Assembly: GCF_009914755.1 (NCBI RefSeq)
Contig: NC_060926.1
Strand: one strand, 5' to 3'
DNA: 64,000 nucleotides
Source of the DNA: the human T2T-CHM13v2.0 reference genome, Homo sapiens
This document shows positions 60,586-64,000 of this stretch, piece after piece. The notes under the pieces are model-generated. The model searched no databases and was not told where the DNA came from. It was given only the letters and a program-made list of their open reading frames with translations. Numbering within the stretch: position 1 is the first letter of the stretch; each line of letters starts with the position of its first letter. The position numbers and the translations under genes were made by a program.

Positions 60586-63500
60586 CTGTAGTGAATTTTC
60601 TATTGCTCTGTTGGGGCTTGAACTAGGAGTTCAAGTATTTGATAAGTAGCTTGAGTCAGGCATTGCTAATTCCTAGAGAAACATCACTGAGCGTAATGGA
60701 AACCTGGGGGCTCAGAGAAGAGGCTAGTGAGAGGATGCCATAGTTAAATAGTAGGATCAACAAAGAAGGGAAATTCCTCCAGTTGTGGAGGGAGGGCATG
60801 GGACAATGATCTGCAGGTGGCTGTAAGGTATTTGCTGACCTGTGCCTAGGGCATGATGATGGGGTACAGGATGAGAGAAATGGAGAGAATGGTACCACTA
60901 GAGAGATTCTGCACTGTCATGGAGGATAAAAATAAAAACAAATGTTAGTGGACGATATACACAAAGAAAAGTCTGATAACCAGGTAGGCTGTTTGTAATC
61001 AAATGGAGGTACAGGAAGAAGCTAGAAGGGTGGTGGAGGGATCTGAAGAGGAGTGGGTTTGATTTGGAAAGCCTGAGAGTCCTGGAGCAGGTGGCAGAAG
61101 TGTTAGGAATTGTGGCAGCAAACACAGATAATGACAATTAAGAAAGGAGGAGTTGGAAGGCCAATCTGACTTTCACGCAGGTAAGAAAACAAGGACTAAG
61201 AGGCAGGATTTAATTAATGAAGATGCCTGTAAGACTAGTTCCCCATCCCCACCCCCCTCAGTTTCCCTGCAACAGAGAGGTGAGGTATCATTCTGTACCA
61301 GCCTGCAGAGTGCACTGAGCTCTTGGCCTGTGTAAATACTGGAAGAGATCATGAGTGCACAGGCCTCCCCTTCCCTCCATTACAGGGTTCATATTTGCTT
61401 TGCCAATCTCTTTTTGGGGGAACAAAATCTAGAATATATCCTGAGAGTGTTTGGCCTTCTGGCAACCCCTTAAAGAAGATTCCAGACACTGTGGAGCAAA
61501 GAGGAGGAGCTGGCAAGGGCCCTCATTACAGGAGTAGAGGATGTGAGGATAGACTCTCAGAGCCATGCAACCTTTTCTAGAAAGAACATTTGAACCGTTC
61601 AAGGGTGGTTTTTCTGTTTTTGTGGCTCCAGGGTCTAGCCCAATCCCTGTCACATAGTAACTGGACATTGACATATGTTATCTCGTTGACAGAGAGCTGG
61701 ATCAATGCATGAGCTTGCCATTCCTGGAAGGTTGTCTCCCAAAGCAGGTCAGCTTCTGGCCCTGTTCACCCTTCTCTTTCCCCCTCTATTTTAAACACGC
61801 ACGGACTCCACAGTCTTAAGTGCTAGACATGAGGCAATCCTATTTCTGAGGCATAGTTTCTGAAAAAAGAAGAACTCACAGGTAAACAGGATTTTTTCCT
61901 CTTTGCAAATAATGAGAAGTTCTGTCTTAGTAATAGCTGGATTTAGTAGCAAGTAAAGGATATTTATAAGGATATGTTTCTTAGAAGTGTCTCTAAATAC
62001 TTACATACATGGTCTTCAAAAAGTTCTTGTTCAGTGGATGACATTGTAAAATAGCTGAAGGCATGCTAGAAACCATCTGTAGATGGCATTTAAAGAGAAG
62101 TTGAATTTCCTTTTCACATTCCATTTAGACTTCAGTTCTTAGCCATAGGGTAGAATTTGCCTCCTCTGCTAAATAGCCATATTTTGCTTGTCATGGAATC
62201 TGAAATAAGATAGCCCTGTGTGCAATGTGTAATACAATTGTCCTAGACTTGAATACATTTTATTTAAAATGCTATTTTTACAGATTGTTCCATCATTCCT
62301 ATGGCTCCAAATAGCCAAGTTTAAAGGTACAGAAAGGCTGTGTGAAGACCTTGTGTCACTTTACTTTGTTTTCAAAAGTAGTTTACATCAATACTTCACT
62401 GAAGTATTCTGTTCTATGTACTGGGCAAGCAGGAACCACCACTGGCTGTCAAGAAAAAAAAAAATTCCTAATGTCACTTTGCCTTTGGCAGAGCAAGAAC
62501 AATACAAAAGATTACTTCCTGTCTCTCTACTGCCTGTGCACTTTTCCAAGAGAGAAAAGCATTTTCTTCTCTGTGGCCAAGACCATAAACGCTAATAGGT
62601 GCAGCCTGTATGCATTCTGTCCATCATTCCATCTATTATTCTATGCCCACTGGCTGGCCCCGCACTTGGCACATAAGCAGTCTGAGTAATATTTATTTAT
62701 GTTGAAGGAATGTTACTAGATCAGGGTCTACCCAGGGGAGCTTTTTTGATTAATCAAGAAACTATTTTTATAATTAAATTTGCATGAAAACTAGATTTCT
62801 CCTGAGACTTAAGTTCAAGAGAAAGAAAATCTATCCTTTCATTTATTCAGAATCAAAGAGGCCCTGACTTGGAATAAACCTTATAAATACTGTCCTACGA
62901 AAGTGGCTTTGTTGGTTGTTGCTTTGAATCATCTTGTGACTGCTAGGAAACACTAAGCCGCACATATAGAAAGAGCCTAATAAGATGGATAGCGAGAGAG
63001 CAGAAAATCTGATTAGAACGACCCAGCACAATCAGAAAATAACCACATGGGCTGAACACAGGCCTGCTGTTCTCTGCTGATTGCCGCTGGGCCCTTCCCC
63101 ATGGGCTTTTTCCTTTCCTCACTTAAGCTCCATTCATTCATTTTCTCTCTCTGCTTCTCTCCCCCTTTTTGTTTCTCTCTCTCAATATCCTGGTCTTACA
63201 TTTCTAACAGGGTTGGTCTGTGATAATTGTGATTTTGTTACAAGATGTAAATGCAATCCTGGCTTTGTGGCAGGGCTAAAAAAAAAAGACATCTGTGTAA
63301 ATGTTTGGATTTGTAATTTTATCCCACTCCCAGACTACAAGTTTTGATAGGATTAACTGAAAATCTAGTGCCCAGGTAAATTCACACTGACTCAAACCTG
63401 TCTGAGCCCCTAGTGGGTTAATTAGACCATTGTCATCAGGTTCCCAAGCATGAGAGTTGTGTTCTTTGGAAGGCACTGTGGGGTGAGCGTTCTCTTTATG

Positions 63501-64000
63501 CACAGGGGGTAGCAATAATCATAGGAGAACTTCATGTCTTTCATCACTGGATCGTTTTCTGAAATGAACCACGTGCAAAGTGATCCAGCAAAGCTGGGAA
63601 ACAAGCTGACCTGTGGTTAGGACTGGCCAGGGATGAGGAAGTATTTAGCATTCTGGCAAATGCAGGAAGCCTCTAGCTAAGGCAAGTCTGTTGCCCAGGC
63701 TTCACTCAGAGGTGGTGGAGACAGGCTTGTCTGCACAAAAAGACCTTTCCCCACATATCCCTACACCTCAGTGTGTCTTCTGCTGCAATGCACAAACAGG
63801 TGGGCACTGGATTTCCTGGCAATTGAAAGAACGTGGGTCCCAAATATATGTTACTGACGTATTGAGCCTCTGTCAACACCTTTCAAGTGAAGATGAGAAC
63901 TGATGCCATGATTCAGATATATCAAGACCCCAAAGGTCTATTAATTCAATATCCAATTAACTGAGAGTTAACCAGTCAGGGTAAAGGTCCTGGGCAACTG

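Larger units (their letters stand above)
51850..60650 (+). mobile_element. Ancient L3/CR1 LINE relic split by later insertions (pieces at about 51850-51920, 55090-56243 and 60586-60650)
   Basis: CR1-like segments attctag..attattaacaggatgg..gaaaggaatctggtgatcac, aagtcatatcaaactaat, cttggataaagatatagaagacatgatcattaatctgcagatgaaccaaagctggga (degenerate KFADDTKLG) and gtagtgaatt..ggagttcaag. Confidence 0.6.

Overview
This is primate (almost certainly human) nuclear DNA, not microbial. About the first 8.6 kb hold the 3' end of LYPD6, a GPI-anchored Ly6/uPAR three-finger protein, on the + strand: two coding exons (3067-3197 and 5105-5272) and a roughly 2.8-3.3 kb 3'UTR with several poly(A) signals. 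The other ~55 kb are intergenic and dominated by transposons. There are four large primate L1s: a full-length L1PA7-like copy, a full-length L1PA3/4-like copy with an intact ORF1, a 5'-truncated L1PB and an internally deleted L1PA13-like copy. There are also ten Alus, MaLR/ERVL solo LTRs, L2/MIR/L3 relics, MER DNA-transposon fragments and microsatellites. Almost all ORFs in the track are L1 fragments, Alu-derived or chance frames. I found no convincing undescribed biological system. The best leads are possible non-GPI LYPD6 isoforms, the L1PA3/4 5'UTR (retained ZNF93-type segment, frameshifted ORF0, outward antisense promoter), a deletion-created UTR-ORF2 fusion ORF and a nested L3/MST/L1PB/L1PA13 stack. 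Repeat subfamily names and the boundaries of old repeats were judged by eye against remembered consensus sequences and are approximate.
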